From positions 512,001 to 576,000 of the forward strand of contig CAWJRG010000010.1 in NCBI GenBank assembly GCA_963845185.1: a stretch of DNA of 64,000 bases, in the 5' to 3' direction. Each line of letters opens with the position of its first letter. Within the stretch, counting starts at the first letter, position 1. Shown one piece after another: positions 38,504 to 49,220 of the stretch. The position numbers and the translations under genes were made by a program. The notes under the pieces were generated by a model. The model saw only the letters and a list, made by a program, of their open reading frames with translations. It was not told the DNA's origin and ran no database searches. Origin of the DNA: an uncultured bacterium (lineage in GTDB: Bacteria > Oederibacteriota > PGYV01 > CAWJRG01).

Positions 38504-38532
38504 AATATAATCTGATTTTTTGCTTTTGTCAA
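38504..38532 (-). promoter_or_regulatory. Sigma70 promoter
   Basis: TTGACA-17bp-TATATT. Confidence 0.65.
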
Positions 38533-38580
38533 TATGTATTCAGTGATAATGCGTAGCGATAGGGGCTATTTGGAAGTACG

Positions 38581-38608
38581 GTAGAGACGTTTTGCAAAAC
38601 GTCTCTAC
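38581..38608. repeat. GTAG-type REP palindrome
   Basis: GTAGAGACGTTTTGCAAAACGTCTCTAC, perfect palindrome. Confidence 0.9.
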
Positions 38609-38713
38609 TTCTAATTATAATCCTTCCTTATGGATTGTTATTGTAAATTTAATTTTTTTTTGTTAGTTTTAAGTGAATTTTAGCCAGAATCTCGAATTCA
38701 AAGGCGGTGCCAG

Positions 38714-39820
38714 ATGAAAAAAATCAAAGTTGCGTTCCTGGGCGCAGGCGAAATATCCGACAGGTTCATAATCCAGTCGCAAAAGTTAAAAGATATTGAA
38801 ACAGCTGCAATTTATTCGAGGCATTTAAAAAACTCAAAGGCAAAAGCGAAAAAATACTGCATACCTGCCTATTATGACGATTATAATAAGATGTTTAAAA
38901 CAGAAACCCCCGATTGTGTTATTGTGACGACGCCGCATCCCCTTCACGCAAAACATGCAATAGCCGCCATGAAAGCCGGTGCGCATGTGCTCGTTGAAAA
39001 GCCAATGTCCGCTGATTTTAATACGGCAAAGCAGATAGTATTGGCTTCAAAAAGATATAAAAAACTGCTAATGGTACTCCCTTTCGACCATTATCCGAAT
39101 TACCTGAGGGCCCTTGATTTTGTGCGGGAAAAATACATAGGCAAGATAACATCCGCCCATTCCGAACTATCCTTTCCCGGTCCGCCGAGGAACAATTGGT
39201 ATTATGACAGAAAGACCGCTGGTGGCGGCGCCATTCTTGATGTAGGCTGCTATGCCCTGTCAAGGCTTGTGTCCATACTCGGCCCTGCCAAAAAAGTCTC
39301 TGCTTTTGTGAATATGATAATTCCGAAAAGAATCCTGCCAAACGGTGATAAAATCAGGCCTGACGTGGATGATAATTCCGTAATGATACTCGAATTCGAA
39401 GGCGGGATTTTCGCCACGGTAAAAGCGTCCTGGTGCCACACTTATGTTGACAACCATACTGCGATATACGGCCGAAAAGGCGCCATATTTATCAATGCAG
39501 ACAATAATCCTCTGGTTATTAAAACAACCGGAAAGGTTCAGGGCAAAAAAATTGCCTTCAGGAACCTTGACAATTGTTATGTACCGTCAAAATTTCCCGG
39601 CTTTACGCCGGATGACGACATAATGGGCAAGTTTATCGGCTGGATAAGGCAGAAAAAGCAGCCTGTGTATAACGGAGAGCAGGGGCTTCACATAATGGAA
39701 ATAATGCACAAGGCTTATGTTTCCTCAAAGACCGGTAAAGTCCAGAAAATAAATACTCCATTTAAAATGTGGTGGCCAAAAGAAAAAAGAATTCAGAATT
39801 TAAAGGAAAAATTTATATAA
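38714..39820 (+). CDS. Gfo/Idh/MocA oxidoreductase
   Basis: LGAGEI, TPHPLH, HVLVEKP, GGGAILDVGCY. Confidence 0.92.
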   Translation: MKKIKVAFLGAGEISDRFIIQSQKLKDIETAAIYSRHLKNSKAKAKKYCIPAYYDDYNKMFKTETPDCVIVTTPHPLHAKHAIAAMKAGAHVLVEKPMSADFNTAKQIVLASKRYKKLLMVLPFDHYPNYLRALDFVREKYIGKITSAHSELSFPGPPRNNWYYDRKTAGGGAILDVGCYALSRLVSILGPAKKVSAFVNMIIPKRILPNGDKIRPDVDDNSVMILEFEGGIFATVKASWCHTYVDNHTAIYGRKGAIFINADNNPLVIKTTGKVQGKKIAFRNLDNCYVPSKFPGFTPDDDIMGKFIGWIRQKKQPVYNGEQGLHIMEIMHKAYVSSKTGKVQKINTPFKMWWPKEKRIQNLKEKFI

Positions 39821-39885
39821 TCATTGTTTTTTATATATTTGGCATTTAGTATTTCATTCTAAAACCAACAATTTAAACTCTAAAA

Positions 39886-42057
39886 TTACTTTACGTCCGC
39901 CTCATACCACAGCGTCTGGTATTTTTCGTTTATTTCAAATTTCGCCGCTGATTTGCTGCCGGTGACTGCCACTGCTTCCTTTGTGTTGCCGGTATTATCA
40001 AGCGCAAAAACACTCACTTTACCCGCGTCATATGGCAGGGTAATTTCCGCGTTTATTCCCTCGCACACGGATGGCGCCAATCCCCATTGGCTTCCAATAG
40101 TTATGTTTGAGTTTAAGGGCGGCGGAAAATCGAGCGGTTTGTCCGGGTAAATCTGCCAGACCATCTTTGTGTTTGCCACCGCGCCGGAGGCTGTAATAAG
40201 TATTTTGCCCGGGCCTTTTTTAAAATTATCCCCGTTTACAAGCGACATTGTAATCAGTGCCCAGTTCTGCATTGCCTTGCCTATCTTGAATTTAACCCCG
40301 GACAAATTAAAATCCTTGTTGCATATAAACCCGAGCAATGCCTTTTCTTTAGCCGAATTTATTTTAAAAACGCCGTCGCCGGGAGCCCATTCTATTTCCC
40401 TGGTGTCTGAAAAATAATCATCACCGGGAACTATGCTTTCCATGCTTATCGAGTTCACTGTCCCTGTAAACCCATCCGGTATTATTGCTGTCCTGTGTAT
40501 TAGCGCAGAGTCTTTTGCCACATCCTTGCTCTTCGCGTCAACCAGCACCCACTGCTGCGCAAACGGGAGCAATTCAAGCTCGTCCTGCTTTGTCAGCTTT
40601 ACTGTCGCAAGGGTTTTTGCGGTAGAGATGTCGCCGCGCCTGAAAATATATGCGGCAGGTATGAAGCTCACCATTTTCCCGGGGTGCGTGTCAAGGTCAA
40701 AAAAACCGTTTATTCTTTTTGAGCCAAATGCAGTGCTGAAGTCCGCATAAGTGTACCCGAATATCGCGTCCCAGTCCTGAAGGGCCGCGTATGCCGACAG
40801 GAATATATATGCCTCGTTTGAATAAGTGTTCGGCGCAGGATGGTTGTACTCTGAAACGCAAAACGGCTTTCCATACACCCGCCTCATAGCCAGGTCTCCT
40901 ATTGTGCCGCCGCCGAACTCGGTCACCATTGTCGCGTTCTTCTCGGACCAGTCAGTGTTGCTCCAGTCGGAATGCGGGAAAGAAGGGTGCTGCCAGTAAG
41001 CGTGCGCGTCCACCATGTCAAAGCCCGCCATCATATTCGGCGTGGAGCACCCGACTATCGTGCCCATTACAATGGATTTCATTTTCAGGTCGTCCTTGAT
41101 ATATGACCTCATTGTCTCCCAGTATTTTTCCTCTGTCGCGTACAAAAAACCAATCCAGTCGTTTAACTCTGCTTCGGGCACAGACGCCTTGTATGCAAGC
41201 ATGACTGTTTTCATGGTTTTTTCGTCAAGGCTTTGACCGCCTTTTGTAAAATCAACCCCGCCCCATGCGTCTTTTAACGCGGCGTTATTTTTGTATTTAG
41301 CTGTTAAATAATCGTTCCATTTTTTCCGGAGGTTGTCCAGTATGTCGCCCGTCACCTTGTCAAGGGTGCCTGTCAGCCATCCCTGCAAAAGCCCGTTTTC
41401 ATTTATTATTTCCACTATTGCCACTGCGGGGTCCTCGGTATAGTTTGTGCCTGTATAAGGATTTTTCCTGTTATAAAGTTTTTGCGCGTATTCCTTTTGA
41501 AGTTCTATGAGAGGCTCGTAATAAAAGCACGGTACCTGTTTTTGCTTCCATGAAAGACCGCTGATTTCGGCAGGCAGGCCGTCGCTTGTGGCAAAATCCC
41601 TGCCGCAGAGCAGGTTAAGGTCTGCGTATATTCCGTTTTCCTTTAACTGCGCGAAAAAATAATCAAGCCTGTCGAGTGAGTCAGGGTCAAGGTCCCTTGT
41701 GCTGCCTGGCTTGAATATGTAATTCTGTGACTGCATGTCCATGAGGTGGAACCTTACTATGTTTATCCCGAATTTTGCCATGCGCTTTGCTATTGCCCTT
41801 GCCTGGAACTGCTCGGGGAAGCATGATGCGCCTGTAATATCAACTCCGAAGAATTTTATGCGCTTATCTGCGGCATAAAGGTGCCCGTCCTGGCCAGCGT
41901 GTATAAACCCGGCGCTGCCTGCAGGCTTGTCATTCATCCAGCTTAGGTCAATAAAATTTTTCTCGCAGTCGTCCCACGGCAGATAAAAATCAAACGTACC
42001 AGCATTGATAACCGTGCAGAGTATTGCTGCTAATAAAACCATAAGTGTTTTTTTCAT
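39886..42057 (-). CDS. Secreted GH5-like (clan GH-A) glycoside hydrolase
   Basis: GINIVRFH, EIINEN (acid/base), HAYWQHP, VSEYNHPAPN (nucleophile); signal peptide MKKTL. Confidence 0.8.
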   Translation of the reverse strand: MKKTLMVLLAAILCTVINAGTFDFYLPWDDCEKNFIDLSWMNDKPAGSAGFIHAGQDGHLYAADKRIKFFGVDITGASCFPEQFQARAIAKRMAKFGINIVRFHLMDMQSQNYIFKPGSTRDLDPDSLDRLDYFFAQLKENGIYADLNLLCGRDFATSDGLPAEISGLSWKQKQVPCFYYEPLIELQKEYAQKLYNRKNPYTGTNYTEDPAVAIVEIINENGLLQGWLTGTLDKVTGDILDNLRKKWNDYLTAKYKNNAALKDAWGGVDFTKGGQSLDEKTMKTVMLAYKASVPEAELNDWIGFLYATEEKYWETMRSYIKDDLKMKSIVMGTIVGCSTPNMMAGFDMVDAHAYWQHPSFPHSDWSNTDWSEKNATMVTEFGGGTIGDLAMRRVYGKPFCVSEYNHPAPNTYSNEAYIFLSAYAALQDWDAIFGYTYADFSTAFGSKRINGFFDLDTHPGKMVSFIPAAYIFRRGDISTAKTLATVKLTKQDELELLPFAQQWVLVDAKSKDVAKDSALIHRTAIIPDGFTGTVNSISMESIVPGDDYFSDTREIEWAPGDGVFKINSAKEKALLGFICNKDFNLSGVKFKIGKAMQNWALITMSLVNGDNFKKGPGKILITASGAVANTKMVWQIYPDKPLDFPPPLNSNITIGSQWGLAPSVCEGINAEITLPYDAGKVSVFALDNTGNTKEAVAVTGSKSAAKFEINEKYQTLWYEADVK

Positions 42058-42487
42058 TTTAATTTTCTCCATTTATCTGCTTGCTAATTATTGAAATCCA
42101 CATTTTCTTATTTTCTTTTATCCAATTTGCCACTTTTTCGCTACAATGCGGACACTCCGATACGTCAATAGGTAATTTTAACAATTTTTCATAATAGTAT
42201 TCTTCTTTTTTATTGTTTTTCAATAAATAGCATAAATTGGCGCAATCGACCGAAATAGCAAAACTATCAGGATGCTTTTGTAGGTAACTTTCAAATTGAT
42301 CTAAGGAATTTTCATATGATCTCTCTGCTTTTTCTGAATTTTCCTCAGATTTTCCATAAATTTTATAAAAAGCATTTATAAGTTCTTTAATTTCATCTTT
42401 ATCCGCAACAAATTGTTGACCATTCCACCTATATTTTTGTTCATGATATATTTGCCAACTTTCAGGTGATTCAATAACACTATCTGC

Positions 42488-43982
42488 CCGCGTTTTTCAG
42501 CGATAGTGTCCTCAAACTCAAAAAGAATTGACTACTTGTATCAGTTAATTAATTGTACCAAACGTAAGGGTTTGCATAAAGCAAATTTTTATGTATACTT
42601 TCATCGAGGAGAGTGACAAATGACTGACAACCAACAGAATAACGGATTGAAGAAACCAAAGTTAACCCCAGAACAACTTTTTGATATTTATCAGGAATGT
42701 TCCTTACCCAACGCGCCAGTAAAAGCCATCCTGGAACGGTGCGGGCTTAAACCGTGGCATCTTATTGCCTTGCGTAAGAGAATCAAGCAAGCTGCCCTGT
42801 CAGAACTATCGAATCCGGCAAAATCCGGCAGAAAGAAGTCCATGGTTCCCGTAGAAAGCCTTGCTCAAGTGGATAAGGAACTTTCTCAAACAAAGGACGC
42901 GCTGGCTGCTGTCGGGCATGAGCTTGCGTTGTTAAAAAAAAAGATGAGTTGAGTCTCAAGGGTCCTTTGAAGGGGCACTATCCGGCCCAAGTTAGGCAGA
43001 TAGTTGTTATCACTATAAACGAAGCCGTACTATCCGGTTTCACGCAGAAAAGAGCTTGTTTGATCTTTGACATAGACGCCAGAAAATTCAGACGCTGGGC
43101 TAAACTAAAAAAGAGAACGCCAAGAACGGCATGTAACAAACTGTTGCCGTTTGAAAAGACATCGATTATTGACTCTGCCTTTAGACCTGAAAATATAGGC
43201 AAGCCATTGAGCCATATTTACGTATATGGCCATAATTCAGGCGCTTTTCATGCTTCTCTATCGACTGTATACAGGTATCTAAAAGCCGAAGATCTCGTAA
43301 AACCATTCGAACCCAAAAAACGGAAATCTAATCATGTTTCGGCTCACGATCTTTTGGATGCTGGATTTTCCCTTTTGACCTATGACGGTTCATGCTTCAA
43401 AACCGAGTCCGGCGTAACTGTTTGGTCCATACCGGTTCTGCTTCTGCCTTACAGGTATCTGCTGCATATCGGACACAGTTTACGCGGCGTCAGTTCAGCG
43501 GATTTACGGGATGCCGTTGCTCAAGCCATACTTGAACTGCCGGATGACTTTCCTGACAACATAGTGGCTTTTTCAGACCGCGGATCTGCTATGAAAGCCA
43601 AAAAGACTGTTGCCTTCCTGGAAGATGTGCTAAAAATTCCTGTACGCTACGGACGCCCAAACACGCCGGATGACGAACCATGGATTGAGGCCCTGAATAA
43701 AAACTCGAAGTATCACAGGGATGTGCCGGCTGTCTTTCCAACGGTTTCAGATGTACTGGACTGGTTAGAAAAATTTAAACCACTGCATAACAACGATCCT
43801 CATAGCTCGCTACATTATGTTACACCGGCTGAGGCGTTCGCGGGAAAAATGGAGGTGATTTTAAGCCAGAGAAAGAACAACCTGATCACTGCAAACATTA
43901 TAAGGTTGGAGGCTTTCAGGGCTTCCAAGCTTCAAGTAGTGATTGGGTGACGGTTTGAGGTCAATTAAGCTGAAAAACTCCG
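42488..43982 (+). mobile_element. IS3-family-like insertion sequence, 1495 bp, 4-bp TSD CTGC
   Basis: Imperfect 30-bp IR CCGCGTTTTTCAGCgatagtgtCCTCAAAC / CGGAGTTTTTCAGCttaattgaCCTCAAAC; CTGC at 42484-42487 and 43983-43986. Confidence 0.88.
42620..43950 (+). CDS. IS3-like transposase OrfA (42620-42952) and OrfB (42949-43950) with a predicted -1 frameshift
   Basis: A_AAA_AAG at 42937-42943, OrfB in the -1 frame; DDE motifs TYDGS, FSDRGS, DDEPWIE, HSSLHYVTP. Confidence 0.85.
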
Positions 43983-44586
43983 CTGCAAAGTTAATAACCT
44001 TATATGTGTTTTTCTCTTTGATTATATTTATATGGTCATTTCCAGACCTATCCAATAATATTTGCTTATATTTGCCATTTTTGAATTTGTAAATAGCAAT
44101 AGCATGCCCAGAACCGCCACAGGCAGATTCAACAATCATATCGTTTGAAAGTGATGATGTTAGGTTCCATAAATTTGACATCAAATATGCTATCACAAAG
44201 AGAATCAGTTTGAATTAATTTCCACGAATCATTATCCTTAGAAAATATCGCAATTCCATCTGACGCTCGATCATTTCCGTCTTTTATACATTGTAAAATA
44301 ACAATAAGATTATCGTTTATACCATCAAGTTTTCTTTTGATAATTTTTTGCACAATTAGCGAATCAATTTTATCATTCTCATCTACAGAGATTGACGGAT
44401 GAAATCTTGGTATAAGAGACTTTATACTGATATGTTCATTTTTCTCCAAATCTGCATTCAAGTTGCTTTCTTTGGAGTATAACAAATTCCAATTTAACAA
44501 AAATAAAATAAGATAAAAAATATAGGATTGCTTTTTCATTCTTTTCCCATTAATTTTTCGATTCCATGCAGCATTTTTTCACCACT

Positions 44587-45060
44587 TTATTTATTTAATA
44601 CACAAACCCCAATATTCAGATATGTCGCGAAACTGACCCATAAAATATACGGCATCATCATTATCGAGGCCGGCTTTGATATGCCCCAGAACAGGATTAT
44701 GCATGCAAGTATCGCAACCCAAAGCGCCAATATAATGAATATAGGAGCAAACGTGGTCCTCGCTCCGAAAAACACAACAGACCATAAAGTGTTCAGCACG
44801 AGCTGGGTCACAAATATGCCTGCTGCCATTTTTATTATATCTCCTTCGAAACCTTTTTTAATTATCATAAAAATCGCTATTGCCATCAGCGTGTAAAGCA
44901 GGGTCCAAACCGGGCCGAATACCCAGTTTGGCGGGTTTAACGGCGGCTTGTGCAGGCCCGCATACCATGTAGGTATCGAGGAAGTTGTAAATACTGTCCC
45001 TATGCCGCCTGCCGCGTAACATGCAATAATACAGCCTATAAAAATTAATACATTTTTCAT
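44587..45060 (-). CDS. tspO: TspO/MBR tryptophan-rich sensory protein
   Basis: WYAGLHKPPLNPPNWVFGPVWTLLY, PYILWVSFA. Confidence 0.95.
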   Translation of the reverse strand: MKNVLIFIGCIIACYAAGGIGTVFTTSSIPTWYAGLHKPPLNPPNWVFGPVWTLLYTLMAIAIFMIIKKGFEGDIIKMAAGIFVTQLVLNTLWSVVFFGARTTFAPIFIILALWVAILACIILFWGISKPASIMMMPYILWVSFATYLNIGVCVLNK

Positions 45061-45791
45061 TTTGTCCTCCTTTTTTTCCTTTTGTTTTTTGTTTTCATGC
45101 TCTCAAAAAATTTGCTGTAAACATTATAATGTCCCGTGTCTTTGTATGCAATGCTTTTTATACTCTCAGCATCAAATCCATATATCCGCGCGCCCGGCAT
45201 CGACAAAAGTATCGGCGAGTGCGTGGCAATAATAAATTGCGCGTGCCCTTTCAAATCGTTTTCCTTTAATATATCCAGGAGTTCAAGCTGTGTCTTCGGC
45301 GAGAGCGCGGTTTCAGGCTCATCCAAAAAATAAATGCCTTTCCTGCAGTACCTTGACCTGAAATAAGCCATCAAAGACTGGCCGTGCGACATAGAACGCA
45401 GCGACTTGCCCCCGAAATACCTGAACTGCCCCGGGTCGTCATGCGCCCATTCGTCAAGAAGCCCGGCAAACGTTTCAAATATCTGCGACCCGAAAAAACT
45501 CCCCGGCACTTGCCCGTCTGCCCACTCAAGGCTTATTGCCTGGTCAAGCATTTCTTCGTAAGGGTTCAAGTCGAATTTTACCCTGTTCTTGTCTTCCCAT
45601 ATATGCACCCCGCATGTCCTTGCAAGTGCTTTTAAAAGCGTGGATTTTCCCGTCCCGTTTTCCCCGGCGAAAAGAGTTACATTTGAATCAAAAACAATTT
45701 GTTTTGTTTTATTTAATATTTTTATATTAAACGGATACCTGTCTTTTACCGGAAATTTTTTGTGGTTGATTGTTATTTTTTTCAAATGCAT
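45057..45791 (-). CDS. Stand-alone ABC-like/AAA ATPase (COG3910-like)
   Basis: GENGTGKST, SHGQS, LDEPETALSP, ATHSPI. Confidence 0.85.
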   Translation of the reverse strand: MHLKKITINHKKFPVKDRYPFNIKILNKTKQIVFDSNVTLFAGENGTGKSTLLKALARTCGVHIWEDKNRVKFDLNPYEEMLDQAISLEWADGQVPGSFFGSQIFETFAGLLDEWAHDDPGQFRYFGGKSLRSMSHGQSLMAYFRSRYCRKGIYFLDEPETALSPKTQLELLDILKENDLKGHAQFIIATHSPILLSMPGARIYGFDAESIKSIAYKDTGHYNVYSKFFESMKTKNKRKKRRTK

Positions 45792-45874
45792 GCTTTGTTC
45801 CTTTAAAATTTAGTTACATGATTTATTATTTACATTATATGCCTTTCTATGCATATCTGCCTGGCACTTTGGCT

Positions 45875-46736
45875 TCAGACAAGATACTGTGCGAGTTTGT
45901 TGACCCTGTCGTTAAAAAAATCAACACTCCATAATTCCACCGATGGCAGTTCGTGGGGCTTGAGGAAGCGTCTTACGTCGTTCCTTGCTTTTTCCCAGTC
46001 AATTTCAGCCACCTTCTTTCTCAGGTTCTCCACGCACCATGCTTTATCGATTTTTAGATCCTTGTCTTTCCATGGCCCGACCTGGTCGATTGCGGCGGAA
46101 AGCAGCTCAAAATTGATCCCTGCTTTACGGCTCACATACCAGGTGAAATCATACCAGTCCCGGCCTTTCACGTATTCCCTGCATAAAAGAGCGTGGCACT
46201 TACCGGCGAAAAGTGACTCAATATCCTGCACCATGACCTCAAAAACAAAAGGATAATCAAGGTATTTAACCTCGGTTTTTCCTCCCATCGGCGGGTTGGT
46301 ATCAATCTCAGAGCTTGATTTTCACGCTGCGAGTATCCGCTCCGGGCTTAAAATGTTTGAAAGTGATGAGTTTCACGGCTGAATTGTCCTTGATAAACTG
46401 TTTTTGCACTGTCGCATCCGCGTCGCTCCTGTTCCCGAGCGTGAATTTAAAACCATACATTTTCAGTTCCTCGTGCAGGGCGCCTGTGTATTTTTCCAGT
46501 TCAAATTTCTCTCCGGTTTCCGTCAGCACAAAATCGAGGTCCTCTGAAAACCTCTCCATGCCGTAAATGACCCTCAGGCATGTGCCGCCCTGGAATGCGG
46601 CTTTTTTAAAAAACCCGGTGCGGGAAAGTCCGCTCAGCACGATTTCCTGCGCGATTTCCCGGATGGCGTTTTCCTCTTCCTGGGCTGTTTTGCATTCGTA
46701 GGAATCCAGGCGCGACTGGATGATTGAAATATTCAC
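45875..46736 (-). pseudogene. abiEii: AbiEii nucleotidyltransferase toxin split by a +1 frameshift at about 46310
   Basis: FQGGTCLR, RFSEDLDF in the N-part; KCHALL, KGRDWYD in the C-part. Removing one base restores KIKLEIDTNPP. Confidence 0.85.
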
Positions 46737-47365
46737 GCGATAAGCTCCTTTTTGCTTTTTTCGATAAACACTTTTACCCGGCTGTTCTGCGCCGAGTTAT
46801 AAAGCTCCTCAAGCTCCTTAAAATCTGTATTTTTAAAATTTTCCGGGTCGATTCTCAGGTCCTCAACCGCTGGTTTCAGGCCTTTCCATGTTTTCCTGTA
46901 TGCGTAAATGTAGTCTGCAAGCGCGCGCCAGGGCGAAGCCATAAGGAACACTCCGCTTTCATTCTCCACCCTGTCCACACCCGCGAAAAAATTTCTGAAT
47001 TTAACCGGGGTGTAACTAAAAACTCCGACAGGTGTTTTAATTTCTTTGCAGCGTTTAGCAACCGCGCTTGTGACTGTATGCACAGCCTCAGAGATCCATC
47101 CGTGATAAGACAGCGCGGATTCAAAGCTGATATAGGAAGGCCCGTAAAGCATTTGTGCTGCCTGGAAAAGATTTAGGCCCTTTTTACGGTTGTTGTCTCC
47201 GAGAGCATACAGCCCTTTTTTAAGCCGGATAATTTCACCCTGTTTCATCCAGCGTTTTACAAGGCTGTAACGGCTGTCCTCTGTGCCGCTGAGATAATTT
47301 TTTAAAAACGTATCGGTAAAAACATCTCCCGGCACTTTTTCTTTTAATTCATCAATACTATGCAT
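46733..47365 (-). CDS. abiEi: AbiEi-type antitoxin / transcriptional regulator
   Basis: IIRLKKGLY, PSYISFESALSYHGWI, ASPWRALAD; overlaps the toxin gene by 4 bp. Confidence 0.85.
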   Translation of the reverse strand: MHSIDELKEKVPGDVFTDTFLKNYLSGTEDSRYSLVKRWMKQGEIIRLKKGLYALGDNNRKKGLNLFQAAQMLYGPSYISFESALSYHGWISEAVHTVTSAVAKRCKEIKTPVGVFSYTPVKFRNFFAGVDRVENESGVFLMASPWRALADYIYAYRKTWKGLKPAVEDLRIDPENFKNTDFKELEELYNSAQNSRVKVFIEKSKKELIA

Positions 47366-47450
47366 TGATTTTCCACCCATGTTTATTATGTAACATACTG
47401 TCATTTCTACTAATATATAGCATATTAATCAAAATTTTTCAAGTATTTTT

Positions 47451-47485
47451 TGTAAGAAACTGTCAAATAATGACAGTTTTATACA
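47451..47485. promoter_or_regulatory. Inverted repeat, candidate AbiEi operator
   Basis: AAACTGTCA-AATAA-TGACAGTTT with imperfect extension; extra half-site ACTGTCA near 47397. Confidence 0.55.
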
Positions 47486-47539
47486 TAAAATAATAGATAA
47501 ATTAGTCCATTATCCCCGAATTTGTAGAGAGGCGGCTTG

Positions 47540-49153
47540 GAGTCTGTCTCAAAACTCTTTTAAACGCCTTGCATTGCCTACACTTATCGCGTTTTTTAGC
47601 CCCTATCTTTATTATTTCTCTTCTTTTCGATTTGTGGTTCTTTTCTTGTCAGGTTGCGAACCTTAATTTAACCTTACCTTCCCTCCACAAGGCATACATT
47701 GTCTTTATGTTATGGGCGGCGCATATAAAAGACCATTGTGTTTTTACGCTTTCGATTCCTCTAACACTAAATCTTGTAAAACCAAGTACGTTTTTTATAC
47801 GTCCCAATAATGGCTCAACTATTGTTTTTCTCTTTCGAAGCTGTTCTTTCCAGTTATTGACCCTAGCTTCTTCTCTGTATATTGACACTATCTCCTCATA
47901 CTCATGCTTATTTGCTTCTATTATCCTTCCGGATTTTACCTTGCTGCATTCGTATTTATAAATACAATCCCTATGATCCCCGCATCGGTATATCATTGTC
48001 TCTTTTCCGTTTTTCTTCTTCCTTATACTGGTATATTCAAGCCTGCCATTTTTAGGACATACATATTCGTTTTTTTCTTTGTCGTATTTAAAATGCGCTT
48101 TGCCATACGGCCTATCGCTGTCATCCTCCGGCAAGTTAACAATTATATTCCTTTTTTCTTCTTTGGCTTTTGCCAGTTCTTCCGGTGAATAATACCCTCC
48201 ATCCGCAAGCGTTACTCCTGATTTTTGTCCGGTATTCGACTCTGCTTTTTCTATCATATCATTCAGCATGTGAGCATCCGATTCCTTGTTTGTCACATTC
48301 TCTGCCACAATTATCTGTTTCTTTGCGTCCACAACAACCTGTGAGTTATATGCCTGTTGCAGTCCTTTACCTCTTGTCATCATGAACCGGCTGTCTCTAT
48401 CTGTGGGGTTTTCAGTTGTTTTTCCTTCACTTTTCATACGTTCTATATGTTCTCTTATTACCTGACGCAGTTTCTCCTTTTCCTGCAATTCTTTTGGCAT
48501 TCCGCACTTACTTTTGCCCTCTTCATCGTCTTGTTCGTCATTTTTCTCAATTTCCACCATTATTTTGTCTATTTCTCTGTCTAATTCTTGTATTTTTTTA
48601 TTCATGTCTTTTATTGTTTTGGTCTTTTCCTTATTTACATCTGCCTGTATTTTTGTGCCGTCCACGGCTTGAATTTCAAAACCAACCAAATTGTTGTTTG
48701 TTGCCACACGCACCGTCTCCTTCAGTAAAACCCTTATCTGCTCTTTATTTCCTTTAAAAAATCTCCATAGCGTATTATGGTCGGGATGATTATTCCCGGT
48801 TATCCATATCATCCCCATTGAATCGTAAGTCATTTTTTCAACTTTTCTGCTGCTCTTTTTTCCTTCCAGTATGCCGTACATCCATGCCCCAAGTAAAAGA
48901 TCTACAAAATATCCCGGTCTTCCGGTTTCTTCTTCCATTTTAAAACCCATCTCTTCAAGCGGTAATTCTTCTACGAATTCTACGACAAATCGAGCTAAAT
49001 GATCTTTTGAAACCCAATCTTCTATTGCCGGTGGCAGTAGATACATTTGATTTCTATCGGCTCTTATCGTTGGCATTTGGTTTCTCCTTCGCTAAATTTT
49101 GAAACCATTATACCATTTATGTCAAAGAATTAAGAGGCTTTTGAGACAGACTC
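47540..49153 (-). mobile_element. IS1182-family element copy 1 (1614 bp) inserted in a GTAG REP; TSD CTTG
   Basis: IR GAGTCTGTCTCAAAA / TTTTGAGACAGACTC; CTTG at 47536-47539 and 49154-49157. Confidence 0.95.
47649..49076 (-). CDS. IS1182-family DDE transposase
   Basis: LLPPAIEDWV..DHLARFV, SSRKVE, PDHNTL, AVDGTKI, ADGGY, RKTIVEP. Confidence 0.93.
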   Translation of the reverse strand: MPTIRADRNQMYLLPPAIEDWVSKDHLARFVVEFVEELPLEEMGFKMEEETGRPGYFVDLLLGAWMYGILEGKKSSRKVEKMTYDSMGMIWITGNNHPDHNTLWRFFKGNKEQIRVLLKETVRVATNNNLVGFEIQAVDGTKIQADVNKEKTKTIKDMNKKIQELDREIDKIMVEIEKNDEQDDEEGKSKCGMPKELQEKEKLRQVIREHIERMKSEGKTTENPTDRDSRFMMTRGKGLQQAYNSQVVVDAKKQIIVAENVTNKESDAHMLNDMIEKAESNTGQKSGVTLADGGYYSPEELAKAKEEKRNIIVNLPEDDSDRPYGKAHFKYDKEKNEYVCPKNGRLEYTSIRKKKNGKETMIYRCGDHRDCIYKYECSKVKSGRIIEANKHEYEEIVSIYREEARVNNWKEQLRKRKTIVEPLLGRIKNVLGFTRFSVRGIESVKTQWSFICAAHNIKTMYALWREGKVKLRFAT

Positions 49154-49220
49154 CTTGCCCCTTCTCTACAAGAGCGAAATAAAAAAAATCTCCATGCCTT
49201 TCCCTATTCCCTATTCCCGT

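Larger units (their letters stand above)
42165..44539 (-). pseudogene. AT-rich secreted hypothetical protein gene disrupted by the IS3-like element and by frameshift(s)
   Basis: Removing the IS and one TSD copy gives in-frame KVINF-ADSVIESPESWQ; an extra frameshift lies near 44148. Confidence 0.75.

Noticed and set aside
43861..44196. Independent 111-aa gene
   Set aside because: It is the middle fragment of the disrupted gene reading into the IS end.
45057..45791. ATPase as part of a defence system with AbiE
   Set aside because: No nuclease or TOPRIM partner; it overlaps tspO by 4 bp, and adjacency to abiEii alone is insufficient.
46305..46312. Selenocysteine or stop readthrough at the TGA in abiEii
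   Set aside because: The downstream part is in a different frame and a second TGA follows; readthrough cannot restore the protein.
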